Notes: generated from the sequence alone by a model not told the origin. Shown: positions 40,259 to 49,018, counted from the first letter of the stretch. The stretch: DNA of 64,000 bases from an uncultured delta proteobacterium (GCA_963802945.1 CAWDKY010000030.1:224001-288000), one strand, 5' to 3'. Numbers and translations are program-made.

Positions 40259-41089
40259 ATGATAGAAACCATCTTGGTGGGCAAGGTAGATGAATCCTTT
40301 CTTCTGGAGGTCCAAAAATGGGCGGAAGAGGTTGTTGGGAAAACCGAGCCCGGGACGGTCCCGGATCGTATTTCCGTTTACCTCTGGGAGAATGGAAACG
40401 ATTTTAAGGAATTTGATGCCCGAGAAAAAGCCGAGTTGGGGGTAGTCACCGGTGATGAATCCAACTTTCTGGCCACCCACGAGGCCTGGAGGGGTTACCC
40501 TAGGATTCATATATCCCTGGAAAAGATCCAGGGAATTCCTGAAGAAGTCATCCAGGGCGTAGTTCAACATGAGATCGGCCACGCCCTGGTCCATGGTAAG
40601 CCGGAATTTTATCAATTTCTTTTTTCCGAACTGCTTCAGGAAACCGCTAGGTCGGCGGGACTGGATCTACCCCAGCTCCAGCAGTTGGTTTATTTGCTTT
40701 CCGTGGCTCTGAAAGACGAAGAAGTGGTCAGGCTATTAAGTGAAAGGGGATTAGGAATTTACCAAAATCGGGTACTGGAATATTTAATAGAAGATACGGG
40801 GGAGGAGCAACAGACTTGGGAACTGATTAAGGATATGCCGGCTCTGAGAAAATTAGCCTGGGCCGCTTTTTCAAAAACCCTTCTGCCGATTGAAACTTTG
40901 GCCGGATTGGGCGATCCGGAATCCAGTCCTCTGATAGAGCAATGGGAGAAGGCCTATTCCTGGCTCACCAACCGGGAAAGGACCGACCTAAGGGCTTATG
41001 CGCGGTTGGTCATTGAATTGCCCTCTAAAAATTTCCAGGATCGATTGGAACAAGCCGTCTTGAGATTGATCAACAGCGCTTCACTATGA
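40259..41089 (+). CDS. Hypothetical protein with HExxH (possible zinc metallopeptidase)
   Basis: VVQHEIGHALVH with a downstream D/E cluster. Confidence 0.6.
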   Translation: MIETILVGKVDESFLLEVQKWAEEVVGKTEPGTVPDRISVYLWENGNDFKEFDAREKAELGVVTGDESNFLATHEAWRGYPRIHISLEKIQGIPEEVIQGVVQHEIGHALVHGKPEFYQFLFSELLQETARSAGLDLPQLQQLVYLLSVALKDEEVVRLLSERGLGIYQNRVLEYLIEDTGEEQQTWELIKDMPALRKLAWAAFSKTLLPIETLAGLGDPESSPLIEQWEKAYSWLTNRERTDLRAYARLVIELPSKNFQDRLEQAVLRLINSASL

Positions 41090-41208
41090 AATGAACTGGA
41101 ACTCTGTGTATATCTGAGAGTTGACCCAGGCCCGATATGGCATAAGGAAAGTACGGGGAGTTGGAAAGCGGTTGGTTTAATTAGTATAGCGTCTCCGTAC
41201 TTCCATTC

Positions 41209-41691
41209 TTAGTATCCCAATTCCTTTAATATTGAAGAAAGTCTTTGTAATCGCTCGCTGAGTAGTTCATCATCATTGCTTAACGCTTGCTGAAATAATT
41301 TTATATCCTCATCTATTTTGGGGTTGTCTGTACATACTGCTATTGTCATGGAATCGCCTTGCAGACCGACTCTGTCAATTACTGTTTTTTCAGAATCATA
41401 AAGTTTTGTATGACGATAAGCCTCTGAAGCAAAATACTGTTTTGCTCTGCAAACAAAAATTGCAAGATCAAGCACACGGTGAAGGGGTAATTCTTCAGAT
41501 TGCCTTGACCACTTTTCACCTGTATGTCTCCAAACTTTTGCTGAGATATCAACGTTCCCCCTGTCATTCCATTGAGCCAAGCCTAATGAAAGCCCCTTGG
41601 CATCGGTCTTGTAAGCATATCGGCCATCAACATTTTCGTAATTTTCAGAAACAATAACAGGTTTATGTTTTAATATTGCTGGTATTTTCAT
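41209..41691 (-). CDS. Conserved hypothetical protein (DUF6530-like)
   Basis: MKIP..LKHKPVI..NYE.VDG...GLAQWN..ISAKVWR..KWSRQSEELP recalled from memory; AT-rich. Confidence 0.65.
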   Translation of the reverse strand: MKIPAILKHKPVIVSENYENVDGRYAYKTDAKGLSLGLAQWNDRGNVDISAKVWRHTGEKWSRQSEELPLHRVLDLAIFVCRAKQYFASEAYRHTKLYDSEKTVIDRVGLQGDSMTIAVCTDNPKIDEDIKLFQQALSNDDELLSERLQRLSSILKELGY

Positions 41692-41835
41692 AATTTTAAT
41701 ATTCCTTTATGTAGTTATTTACTTGTGTAGTCAACTAATAGTTTAGTAAATAACTTATCATACTAATAACAAACCTGTCAAGCAAAAAAGTAATTGACTA
41801 TTTTTAGGTTGCTCCCAAAAACAATTCCCTTGGGG

Positions 41836-42063
41836 TTGACTTTAATTTTTAATAGGTTTAAATAAGTTATATTAACTTGGCTTCATAAACATAAAGCAAA
41901 TAGCCTTCAGTATTCAGCAATTAGCCTGGATGTTTTTAAGGTTTCTTTGAACACCGAACTCTGAACGCTGAACGCCGAACGTTCCCAGAACCGAAAGGCT
42001 AGCCCATGAAGCAGTCCCCCAAGACCCCATTTTTTTGAAAAAGGAGATGGGGTTTTTGTTTTG
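41836..42063 (+). ncRNA. Candidate type-B leader RNA copy
   Basis: TTGACT-17-TAAATA; gcttcat/atgaagc and tagcctt/aaggcta pairings; terminator-like hairpin. Confidence 0.55.
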
Positions 42064-42360
42064 GGGCGGAAGCAGGGCCATTTACTTGAATGATTTTTTA
42101 GTTGGGAAATAAGGGTTGGGGTTCGACCATAGACAGCCCTATTTTCATGTCCCGGCTTCCGATCCGCTCGGTCCGCTCGACCTGGCCGACTAGTGGTGTC
42201 AAGACCTGCCTTGTGCAGGCATACGCCCCTGGCGGGGCATGACTGTTCAAAAGGCAATTTAGTCAGCAGCGTCCGGGACAGCAAGGAATCCGGCATTTTG
42301 TTTACATTTAAGATTTGCCCCCTGGATCTATGAAAGTCAACCCAATTAAGGGAGGGAAAA

Positions 42361-42798
42361 ATGGAAAAATTGACCTTTGAATTCGTGAATCCGGGGGATG
42401 TCCTTCCTCCATTCATCCGATCCGTCAGTCAGGAAACCTTTTGGAAATACGCCGTGGCCTCTTTCGATTATAACCCTGTCCACAATGATCCTGAATGGGT
42501 CAAAACGGCCCAACCCTTTAAAATACCTTTTACGGTGGGGCATGGTATGATGACTATGTCTTTTATGACCTCTCTGGTTACCAACTGGGCCTTACCGTCC
42601 ATGCTTCAGGTTCGGAAGATTGTTTCTAAATTTACTCGGCCGGTTGAGCAGGGATGGGAAATTATCTGCACCGGAGTTGTCTCGGAAAAGCACTTTATCG
42701 CCAAAGGGAAAAACTATGTGGTGGTGGATGTCAAAGCTGAAAATCGGCAGGGTGACTTGCTGGCCCTCAGTGAAATCGAAGTGGTCTTTCCCGATTGA
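42361..42798 (+). CDS. MaoC-like (hot-dog) dehydratase
   Basis: YAVASFDYNPVHND...GHGM and F.RPV..G motifs. Confidence 0.88.
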   Translation: MEKLTFEFVNPGDVLPPFIRSVSQETFWKYAVASFDYNPVHNDPEWVKTAQPFKIPFTVGHGMMTMSFMTSLVTNWALPSMLQVRKIVSKFTRPVEQGWEIICTGVVSEKHFIAKGKNYVVVDVKAENRQGDLLALSEIEVVFPD

Positions 42799-42855
42799 GA
42801 CCGGGGGTTTTATCGATTGGATCAATTTCGAGATTCAAAGAAAGGAGAATGAACC

Positions 42856-43434
42856 ATGAGTCATGCCGATTTAGCCAAATATTTCAAAACAGAAAAGCAG
42901 CTCAAATTCAGCACCGATTTTTTTACCGATGCCGAAAACTATGAAGTTTGGGATGAAATTGATTTTTCCGATCTACAAGAAGTTGACGGTGAAAACACCT
43001 TTGAAATAAAGGCCGAAGACATCAAATTTTACGCCGAAGGAGGCCTTGACGACAACCCGCTGATGAATGACGAGGAATACGCCAAGAAATCATCCTACGG
43101 CGGGCTGGTGGCCCACCCGATTTTTATAACCTCCATCTGTTTTTGGTGTGTGGGCGTCAAGGGGAAGGGAAATTGGATCAGAACGCCCGGGGCGAGAAAC
43201 CCTGGTCAGGTTTTGGAAATCTATGAATATTTCAAAGTCGGAGAAACCATTCATGTAACAATGAAGCCCCATGACCGCTATATCAAACGGGGTAAATGTT
43301 ATCTCCAGTATCAAATGAACGCCTTTAACCAGGATAATGTTTTGAAATGCAGAATGTTTGCCACCCTGATCCTGCCTCGGACACGCCAGGATATAGGGAA
43401 ATTTCTTAAAGGCATCCGCGGTCTAAGTGATTAG
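42856..43434 (+). CDS. MaoC/FAS1-like dehydratase partner subunit
   Basis: IKFYAE..LDDNPL..DEEYAKKS.YGGLVAHP. Confidence 0.8.
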   Translation: MSHADLAKYFKTEKQLKFSTDFFTDAENYEVWDEIDFSDLQEVDGENTFEIKAEDIKFYAEGGLDDNPLMNDEEYAKKSSYGGLVAHPIFITSICFWCVGVKGKGNWIRTPGARNPGQVLEIYEYFKVGETIHVTMKPHDRYIKRGKCYLQYQMNAFNQDNVLKCRMFATLILPRTRQDIGKFLKGIRGLSD

Positions 43435-43442
43435 CCAAGAAA

Positions 43443-43508
43443 CCGGAAGGATGGTCCTTGAAGCATCCTATAATACCCTATTTTTTGAAAAAGAAGATGA
43501 GGTTTTTT
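43443..43508 (+). terminator. Degenerate copy of the shared hairpin module
   Basis: ccggaagg..gtccttgaagca...accctattttttgaaaaagaagatgaggtttttt. Confidence 0.7.
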
Positions 43509-43509
43509 A

Positions 43510-43644
43510 GTCACAATTGGATGATGAGATTCCAATTTGGAATACCAAAAACGAGCGATGAACCAGTCGCAATTTGCGACCGGTTCCAAAAATAAGATTA
43601 GCCTGGGAGTTTGAGTCTTTGAGATCACAAATTGTGATCTCAAA
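43510..43644. repeat. Intergenic cluster of ORF6N-type palindromes
   Basis: attccaatttggaat (43529), gaaccagtcgcaatttgcgaccggttc (43560), tttgagatcacaaattgtgatctcaaa (43618), plus half-site gtcacaattg (43510). Confidence 0.85.
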
Positions 43645-43688
43645 ATTAAAAGGGGATTAGTTAAAGAAGTCATTTGAAGAGGATCTTG

Positions 43689-44255
43689 ATGGAAAAAAAG
43701 GAGTTAATCCCGCAGGAAATCATTGAGGGCAAAATCTTCCTTATCAGAGGTAAAAAGGTCATGCTCGATCGGGATCTGGCTGTTCTTTATGGAGTTGAGA
43801 CAAAGGTCATAAACCAGGCGGTCAAAAGAAATTCTCAAAGGTTTCCAGAGGATTTTATGTTCCAGTTGTCCACTGAGGAGACTCAGCAATTTTTAAGGTC
43901 ACAATTTGTGACCTTAAAAAGAGGACAGCATTACAAATACTTACCTTATGTTTTTACAGAGAATGGTGTGGCCATGCTCTCCAGTGTCCTTAATACCGAG
44001 AGGGCAATCCAGGTCAATATTCAAATCATGCGAACCTTTACCCGGTTAAGGGAGATCATCGCCACTCATAAAGATTTGGCGCGGCGTCTGGATGACCTGG
44101 AGAAAAAGTACGATAGCCAGTTCAAAGTGGTCTTTGACGCCCTGCGGGCTTTAATGGCCCCTCCTGTTAAGCCAAAACGAAAAATAGGTTTTGATCTCAA
44201 GGAGAAACGGGCACGGTATTCCATAAAAGGTGTTCAACGGGAGAAAAGGAAGTAA
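43689..44255 (+). CDS. ORF6N domain DNA-binding protein
   Basis: [41 protein letters not shown] and KRKIGF motifs. Confidence 0.92.
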   Translation: MEKKELIPQEIIEGKIFLIRGKKVMLDRDLAVLYGVETKVINQAVKRNSQRFPEDFMFQLSTEETQQFLRSQFVTLKRGQHYKYLPYVFTENGVAMLSSVLNTERAIQVNIQIMRTFTRLREIIATHKDLARRLDDLEKKYDSQFKVVFDALRALMAPPVKPKRKIGFDLKEKRARYSIKGVQREKRK

Positions 44256-44312
44256 CGTTTTCTTCTGCTTTTCCACCGCCATCTTGCCACTAACACCTTT
44301 ATTCGGGAGGGA

Positions 44313-44502
44313 TTGACTTTAATTTTTAATAGGTTTAAATAAGTTATATTAACTTGGCTTCATAAAGATAAAGCGAATAGCCAACCGTTGATCGCCGAAC
44401 GACGAACTACGAACGACAAACGTTTTTAGTACCGAAAGGCCGATCCATGAAGCAACCTACCAAGACCCCATTTTTTGAAAAAGAAGATGGGGTTTTTGTT
44501 TT
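44313..44502 (+). ncRNA. Candidate type-B leader RNA copy
   Basis: Same promoter, gcttcata..aaagcgaatagcc, cgaacga heptamers, ccatgaagc and hairpin. Confidence 0.55.
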
Positions 44503-44577
44503 GGGTTTGCTGATAAAAGAGAGCATTATTTTTGTTATAAAATAAATGGGCGCTGTCCCTATTTAAAACCGAAAAAA

Positions 44578-44826
44578 ATGCCTAACGAAGGACATCCGTA
44601 TGCGAAACCAGAAATTACACATGAAGGATCTTTGTTAAAAATAATTGATGAGCTTCAAGAAAGGAATCTGGTCGTAGAAGGAGAGTCCACATTTGAACTA
44701 TCCGAAAAAGGGACCACAATAAGACAAACGGTGAAATATAAACCTCGAGAAGGGTTGGTCTCAAAGATAGTTAACAGGTTTAAGATAAATATCGATTTAA
44801 AGAGCATCTTTGGTATAGGACATTAG
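44578..44826 (+). CDS. Small hypothetical protein or gene remnant
   Basis: 82-aa ORF immediately after a gggcgctgtccc junction motif. Confidence 0.4.
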   Translation: MPNEGHPYAKPEITHEGSLLKIIDELQERNLVVEGESTFELSEKGTTIRQTVKYKPREGLVSKIVNRFKINIDLKSIFGIGH

Positions 44827-44888
44827 GGTTCAAAAAATTATCCTATTAAGAGTATCTAAACAAACACAAGAAGCCATGCCAACAATGA

Positions 44889-45887
44889 ATGTCGTTGAGC
44901 TTTAGCGTAAAGGGAAATATGTCACCCCAGTCCGACGATGAACTCGCTTCAAATCTTCTTGACAATCTCCACTACCTTTCGACCCTTATTGCGAGGAAAC
45001 CAAAGGAGTTCACCAAAAAATGGGCGACTACGGTAGATGAGGCCTTTTCACTTTATACTCGGACTAGAACAGTAAATTTAATTCTAAGTTGGAATGATGT
45101 CTTGGCCGAGCTAGGATGGCCATTTCCATCCTATCTGAATCTCCGCAAGGAAGTTGACCTCACCGGTGACTTGTTAGCGCTACGCCGACAATTCCTTCGG
45201 TTCGTTTTTACAGGCAAGAGGTTCCTACAAGGTCCACTATTCATGTTAGCTTCCCAACGAACTCCCGAGGCGCGCGAGCAAAGCGTATCAGTGTGGATGA
45301 GATTTCTTTTTTGGCGACATTCAAAGCAAATATTCCAATTCTGGCGGAACCATCACCTCCTCAGGGGTAAAGAACCTATAGTCGATAACATACGCATTAC
45401 ATATAATAAGGGATTATTTGCGGCTTGCTTGCCAACTCTGCTGGGGCTTCTCGATTTTGTAATGCGGGCCTACTTTCACACTGATCGATTAACTGTTAGT
45501 CTCCAAACATTGCGAAATGCCTTTGAAAAAGCGGCTATACTCCCAAGACACCTGAAACCTGGTTATGGTGGTGTGGAGCTCATTGAAAATCCAGAATCAA
45601 CCAAATTATTTCCATCACTTGAAGAGGATCTACGTCTCCCTGGGGTTTTTCTTTCATCTTTTGTTGAATTTGGGAGTAAATATTATGCGTGGTACTCAAC
45701 AGCAAATTCCAATCAGATCGCGGTGCTCAATCGTCATGCTATTATGCATTGCGCGACAGAATATTGGACAACTGGAAGCGCTATCAGGCTACTGACTTTT
45801 TTTGATTTGACCCTGCGACTAGAACGGGTGCTTAAGATTGTCATTCATGGACAGGCGGCCTATATAGAAGGTGAAGAAAATAAATGA
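44889..45887 (+). CDS. Hypothetical protein with C-terminal R-x4-H (HEPN-like) motif
   Basis: LNRHAIMHC near the C-terminus of a helical-looking protein. Confidence 0.55.
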   Translation: MSLSFSVKGNMSPQSDDELASNLLDNLHYLSTLIARKPKEFTKKWATTVDEAFSLYTRTRTVNLILSWNDVLAELGWPFPSYLNLRKEVDLTGDLLALRRQFLRFVFTGKRFLQGPLFMLASQRTPEAREQSVSVWMRFLFWRHSKQIFQFWRNHHLLRGKEPIVDNIRITYNKGLFAACLPTLLGLLDFVMRAYFHTDRLTVSLQTLRNAFEKAAILPRHLKPGYGGVELIENPESTKLFPSLEEDLRLPGVFLSSFVEFGSKYYAWYSTANSNQIAVLNRHAIMHCATEYWTTGSAIRLLTFFDLTLRLERVLKIVIHGQAAYIEGEENK

Positions 45888-46076
45888 ACTGATTAGGGAG
45901 ATAATTATAATGTAAATTGGGGTCGGACCACGCGAAGATTTTGATCAGACAAATTAGCAGATAACCAATCACTTCTCCACAGAGAAGAATGTTTCGTCAT
46001 AAAAATTAACATTTGATCCGGCGACTTCAAATCGTCGGCATTGATTTGAAAAGTTCTTCCTGATTAGGAGAATCAT

Positions 46077-46916
46077 ATGAAGAAATTAATTTTGCAAGGA
46101 CATTCAACGTACGACGGCGCCGGAGTTAAGTTGAAGCGTATTTTCGCGCATGACCACACAAAACTTACCGATCCGTTCCTGCTCCTCGACCATTTCGGTT
46201 CAGACAATCCCGATGATTATGTAAAAGGCTTTCCCTGGCATCCTCATCGCGGGATTGAAACAGTGACCTATATGCTCGGTGGAACGGTTGAGCATGGCGA
46301 CAATATCGGTAACGCGGGCACGATCGGGCCGGGAGATATTCAATGGATGACCGCGGGCGGCGGTGTAATTCACCAGGAGATGCCGAAACCTTCAAAAGGA
46401 ATGATGCACGGGTTGCAGCTGTGGGTAAATTTGCCTGCGAAAAATAAGATGATGGAGCCGCGCTACAGGGGTATACTCGAAGATGAAGTGCCGGTCGTCA
46501 AGATACCAGGCGGAGAAGTGCGGGTCATAGCCGGCGCTTACAAAAATGTAACCGGTCCCGTGCAGGAACTGGTAGTAGATATCGAGTACCTGGATGTCCG
46601 GTTAAAGAAGGGAATGTCTCTATCCCACACGGCTAAAAAAGGATACACCAGCTTTTGTTATCTTATCGAAGGAACAGGCGAGTTTGATGACACGAAACTG
46701 GAACAAGCACAGCTGATTCTCTTCACGGAAGCCGGTAGCATTGCCATAAAGGCGATTGAAGATATCCGTTACATATTTGTTACCGGCAAGCAGCTCAACG
46801 AACCGATTGCCTGGGGCGGCCCAATTGTTATGAATACGCAGGAAGAGCTTGAAATTGCTTTCAGAGAGCTTGACGAAGGTACGTTTATCAAGAAAAAACA
46901 GGAGACAAACGGCTAG
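46077..46916 (+). CDS. Pirin family protein
   Basis: DPFLLLDHF, HPHRGIETVTY, QWMTAG.G..HQE and GPIVMNT motifs. Confidence 0.95.
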   Translation: MKKLILQGHSTYDGAGVKLKRIFAHDHTKLTDPFLLLDHFGSDNPDDYVKGFPWHPHRGIETVTYMLGGTVEHGDNIGNAGTIGPGDIQWMTAGGGVIHQEMPKPSKGMMHGLQLWVNLPAKNKMMEPRYRGILEDEVPVVKIPGGEVRVIAGAYKNVTGPVQELVVDIEYLDVRLKKGMSLSHTAKKGYTSFCYLIEGTGEFDDTKLEQAQLILFTEAGSIAIKAIEDIRYIFVTGKQLNEPIAWGGPIVMNTQEELEIAFRELDEGTFIKKKQETNG

Positions 46917-47076
46917 AGGGTCGGGAATCAGGTCTCCGTTTGACTTATAAAAATAGCCAGGAACGCCTAACGGGATCAGGCACGTTAGGTATTTGATCCA
47001 ACAGAGCGGCAGAAAACCAATTACTTCACCAAAGAGAAGAATTTTTCGGCCTAGTATGAATGGAAGACCTGATCCC
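46917..47076. repeat. Spacer element bounded by inverted gggaatcaggtct / agacctgatccc
   Basis: Inverted termini lie between the pirin stop and the thioredoxin gene. Confidence 0.6.
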
Positions 47077-47118
47077 ATGAAGTGCTTCCCAGATAAGTAA
47101 CGCCGGAGCAGGAGGATT

Positions 47119-47463
47119 GTGATGAGTAAAATCATAGAAAGTAAATCTGATCTTGATAAGATGTTGAATGAATGCCCGCGCCTATTGGTTCTTTTTTATG
47201 CTTCCTGGTGTCCTCATTCGCGAAGGTTTCTGCCGATTTTCGAAAAATATTCCGAGAATAATGAAAATAATTTGTGTCGTGTTTTAACGGATGAAATTGA
47301 AAGTTGTGTAAAAAACTATTCTATCAAGGTAGTACCAACGGTGATTTTCTTTAAGAATGGTAAGATTGCAAAACGTTTAAATGGGATTGCTGGAATAGGA
47401 TTGAATGAAAAACAGTTGGTGGAAATGATAGATTCATGTAAGATTTCAGAAGATCTGAACTGA
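47119..47463 (+). CDS. Thioredoxin-fold protein (WCPHS)
   Basis: FYASWCPHS and VVPTVIFF motifs. Confidence 0.85.
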   Translation: MMSKIIESKSDLDKMLNECPRLLVLFYASWCPHSRRFLPIFEKYSENNENNLCRVLTDEIESCVKNYSIKVVPTVIFFKNGKIAKRLNGIAGIGLNEKQLVEMIDSCKISEDLN

Positions 47464-47516
47464 TATTTTAATTCATATGGAAATAAGGAAGATGGTGAAA
47501 AAAGATACCGAGTGAA

Positions 47517-47763
47517 TGTTGGGGTCGGACCGGGCCAAGGGATTAAATCCTCAAAGAATTATGCAAGAAATGATGGGTAAAAAAGGCCTTAAAGCCAACT
47601 TTTTACCCCCAAAAAGTAGCTTCTAAACGTAAGATTTTTTACATTTGGCGAGACATTGTTGAATGTTTGCATTGGCATTTTATGGCCCGAACAGGCCTCG
47701 AAGAAATCGAACCGTTTTGAATTCGAAGTAGGTTAAAGGCCAAACGGATAAAAGTAAGGAGGA
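47517..47763 (+). repeat. G-family spacer module (tgttggggtcggacc...aaaaag.agctt.taa)
   Basis: Homologous to 48792, 50166, 51300, 53074, 55808 and 62036. Confidence 0.85.
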
Positions 47764-48153
47764 ATGATGTCCATTCGCATTGTCAGACTCGGCTCTCCCC
47801 GGGAAGCCGGAGAAGGGATTCGTCTCGGGACGGTTCGGCGGCCACCGCGGGGGGTCCCTAAATCAGAGTATGCCAAACGCGATTTTTATGATGCCTGGCT
47901 GCCCCTTCTTTCTCCAAGCGAAGAGTTGTTAAAAGAAGGAAAGCTATCCCTTGAAGGTCGGGCCTGGGCTGTTTTTAAGAGGAAGTTCCTGGCGGAAATG
48001 AACCGACCTGATCCGCGCAAGGTCTTGGACCTTTTAGCAGCTTTTTCTCAGCAAACCCATTTTTCGTTGGGATGCTATTGCGAGAATGAACACCGCTGCC
48101 ACCGATCGATCTTGAGAGAGTTGCTTTTGGAGCGCGGAGCGAAGGTGGTTTAG
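47764..48153 (+). CDS. DUF488/YeaO-like protein
   Basis: RRPPRGVPK, W.P.LSPS.EL and C.C....CHR motifs. Confidence 0.82.
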   Translation: MMSIRIVRLGSPREAGEGIRLGTVRRPPRGVPKSEYAKRDFYDAWLPLLSPSEELLKEGKLSLEGRAWAVFKRKFLAEMNRPDPRKVLDLLAAFSQQTHFSLGCYCENEHRCHRSILRELLLERGAKVV

Positions 48154-48166
48154 TAAGTGAAAAGTC

Positions 48167-48205
48167 GGGGGCGCCGTTAACTTATCAGAATTTAACAGCG
48201 CCCCC
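48167..48205. repeat. Short palindrome gggggcgc.gttaa...ttaac.gcgccccc
   Basis: Direct reading; possible terminator or minimal junction element. Confidence 0.7.
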
Positions 48206-48319
48206 TAAAACACGATAGAATGGAAAAACAAGAATTAGAGGAAGTAGTTGACAGTTGCCCCCGATTAAGCGAGTGCTTATATTAACCATTAGAATTCTTT
48301 AGTTCGTAGGGAGGAGAAC

Positions 48320-48676
48320 ATGGTGAAATATCTGCTATACGTATTGAGATGGGTTGTTCTCGCCATACCGGGAGCGTTGTTTTTTAACAAAGCGAAAGAA
48401 TTGCTGGGTATTGATAATGTGTACATGGTTATGATAATTAGCCAGGGCGTGATGGGCGCTATGGTCTATTTTCTCGACAGGCTGATTTTTACATCTGGCG
48501 CAATACCCATACCATGGGAAATAAAACCCCGCGGCGTCTGTGCCGACTGCGGACGTGTGGGGAAATGCTACAGAGTGGCTGGAGAGAGATGCTGCGAGGT
48601 ACGTGATAAGGCAACCGAAGAAGGATTTATATGCGAAAAATGCGCTGTAAAAAAGATACAGTACATAAATGATTAA
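48320..48676 (+). CDS. Small membrane protein with Cys-rich C-terminus
   Basis: Two hydrophobic segments; CADC...CEKC; good RBS. Confidence 0.6.
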   Translation: MVKYLLYVLRWVVLAIPGALFFNKAKELLGIDNVYMVMIISQGVMGAMVYFLDRLIFTSGAIPIPWEIKPRGVCADCGRVGKCYRVAGERCCEVRDKATEEGFICEKCAVKKIQYIND

Positions 48677-48791
48677 TCGTGTTGAGGTTGGTGTCGCGTA
48701 ATGCCAAGGGCGCATAGTTCAAAGCTGATAGCTCAAAGTAAAGAATAGCTGAAGCGTCTTGGAAAGGAACCTTTTCGGCCTCTGAAGTTGA

Positions 48792-48905
48792 TGTTGGTGT
48801 CGGACCAGGCCAAGGAATTCAATTTTCCAAGAATTATAAAAGAAATGATGGGGAAAAACAGGCCTTAAACCGGTCTTTTTGGCCTCCAAAAGCAGCTTAT
48901 AAGCA
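48792..48905 (+). repeat. G-family spacer module
   Basis: tgttggtgtcggaccaggccaagg...ggccttaaaccgg...agcttataagca. Confidence 0.85.
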
Positions 48906-48989
48906 AACGCTCACCATACCGAAACCATCGAATTGTTAGACCTCGCAAGCAGCGGCCTAAAGTTGGCCTTTCGGTTTCTGCTTTTCCCC

Positions 48990-49018
48990 TTGCCCCGGTC
49001 TTTTTCTTGCCTTATACT
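48990..49018 (+). promoter_or_regulatory. Repeated sigma70-like promoter, copy 1
   Basis: TTGCCC-17 nt-TATACT. Confidence 0.75.

Noticed and set aside
42110-42340. GC-rich intergenic stretch before the MaoC genes
   Set aside because: No clear ORF, repeat match or stable recognisable structure could be supported by eye.
41907-42416. Minus-strand ORFs across leader modules (also 34730..35011, 37790..38014, 43431..43673)
   Set aside because: They overlap repeat modules or real + strand genes and are not conserved in frame between copies.
43618-43644. CRP/FNR-type site
   Set aside because: Half-sites are in the opposite order (TCACA-3-TGTGA rather than TGTGA-6-TCACA).
35070-44255. Diversity-generating retroelement explanation for ORF6N variation
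   Set aside because: No reverse transcriptase in the window, and the differences are not adenine-specific.
29383-44255. Prophage
   Set aside because: ORF6N is phage-associated, but there are no structural, packaging, replication or integrase genes.
29348-44502. Repeats as a CRISPR array
   Set aside because: Copies are separated by hundreds to thousands of bases containing genes, and there are no cas genes. The 43510-43644 palindromes differ from one another and are irregularly spaced.
46965-46990. gcctaac...gttaggt resembling attC R''/R' boxes
   Set aside because: Only 26 bp, far shorter than attC sites, not repeated at other gene ends, and no intI in the window.
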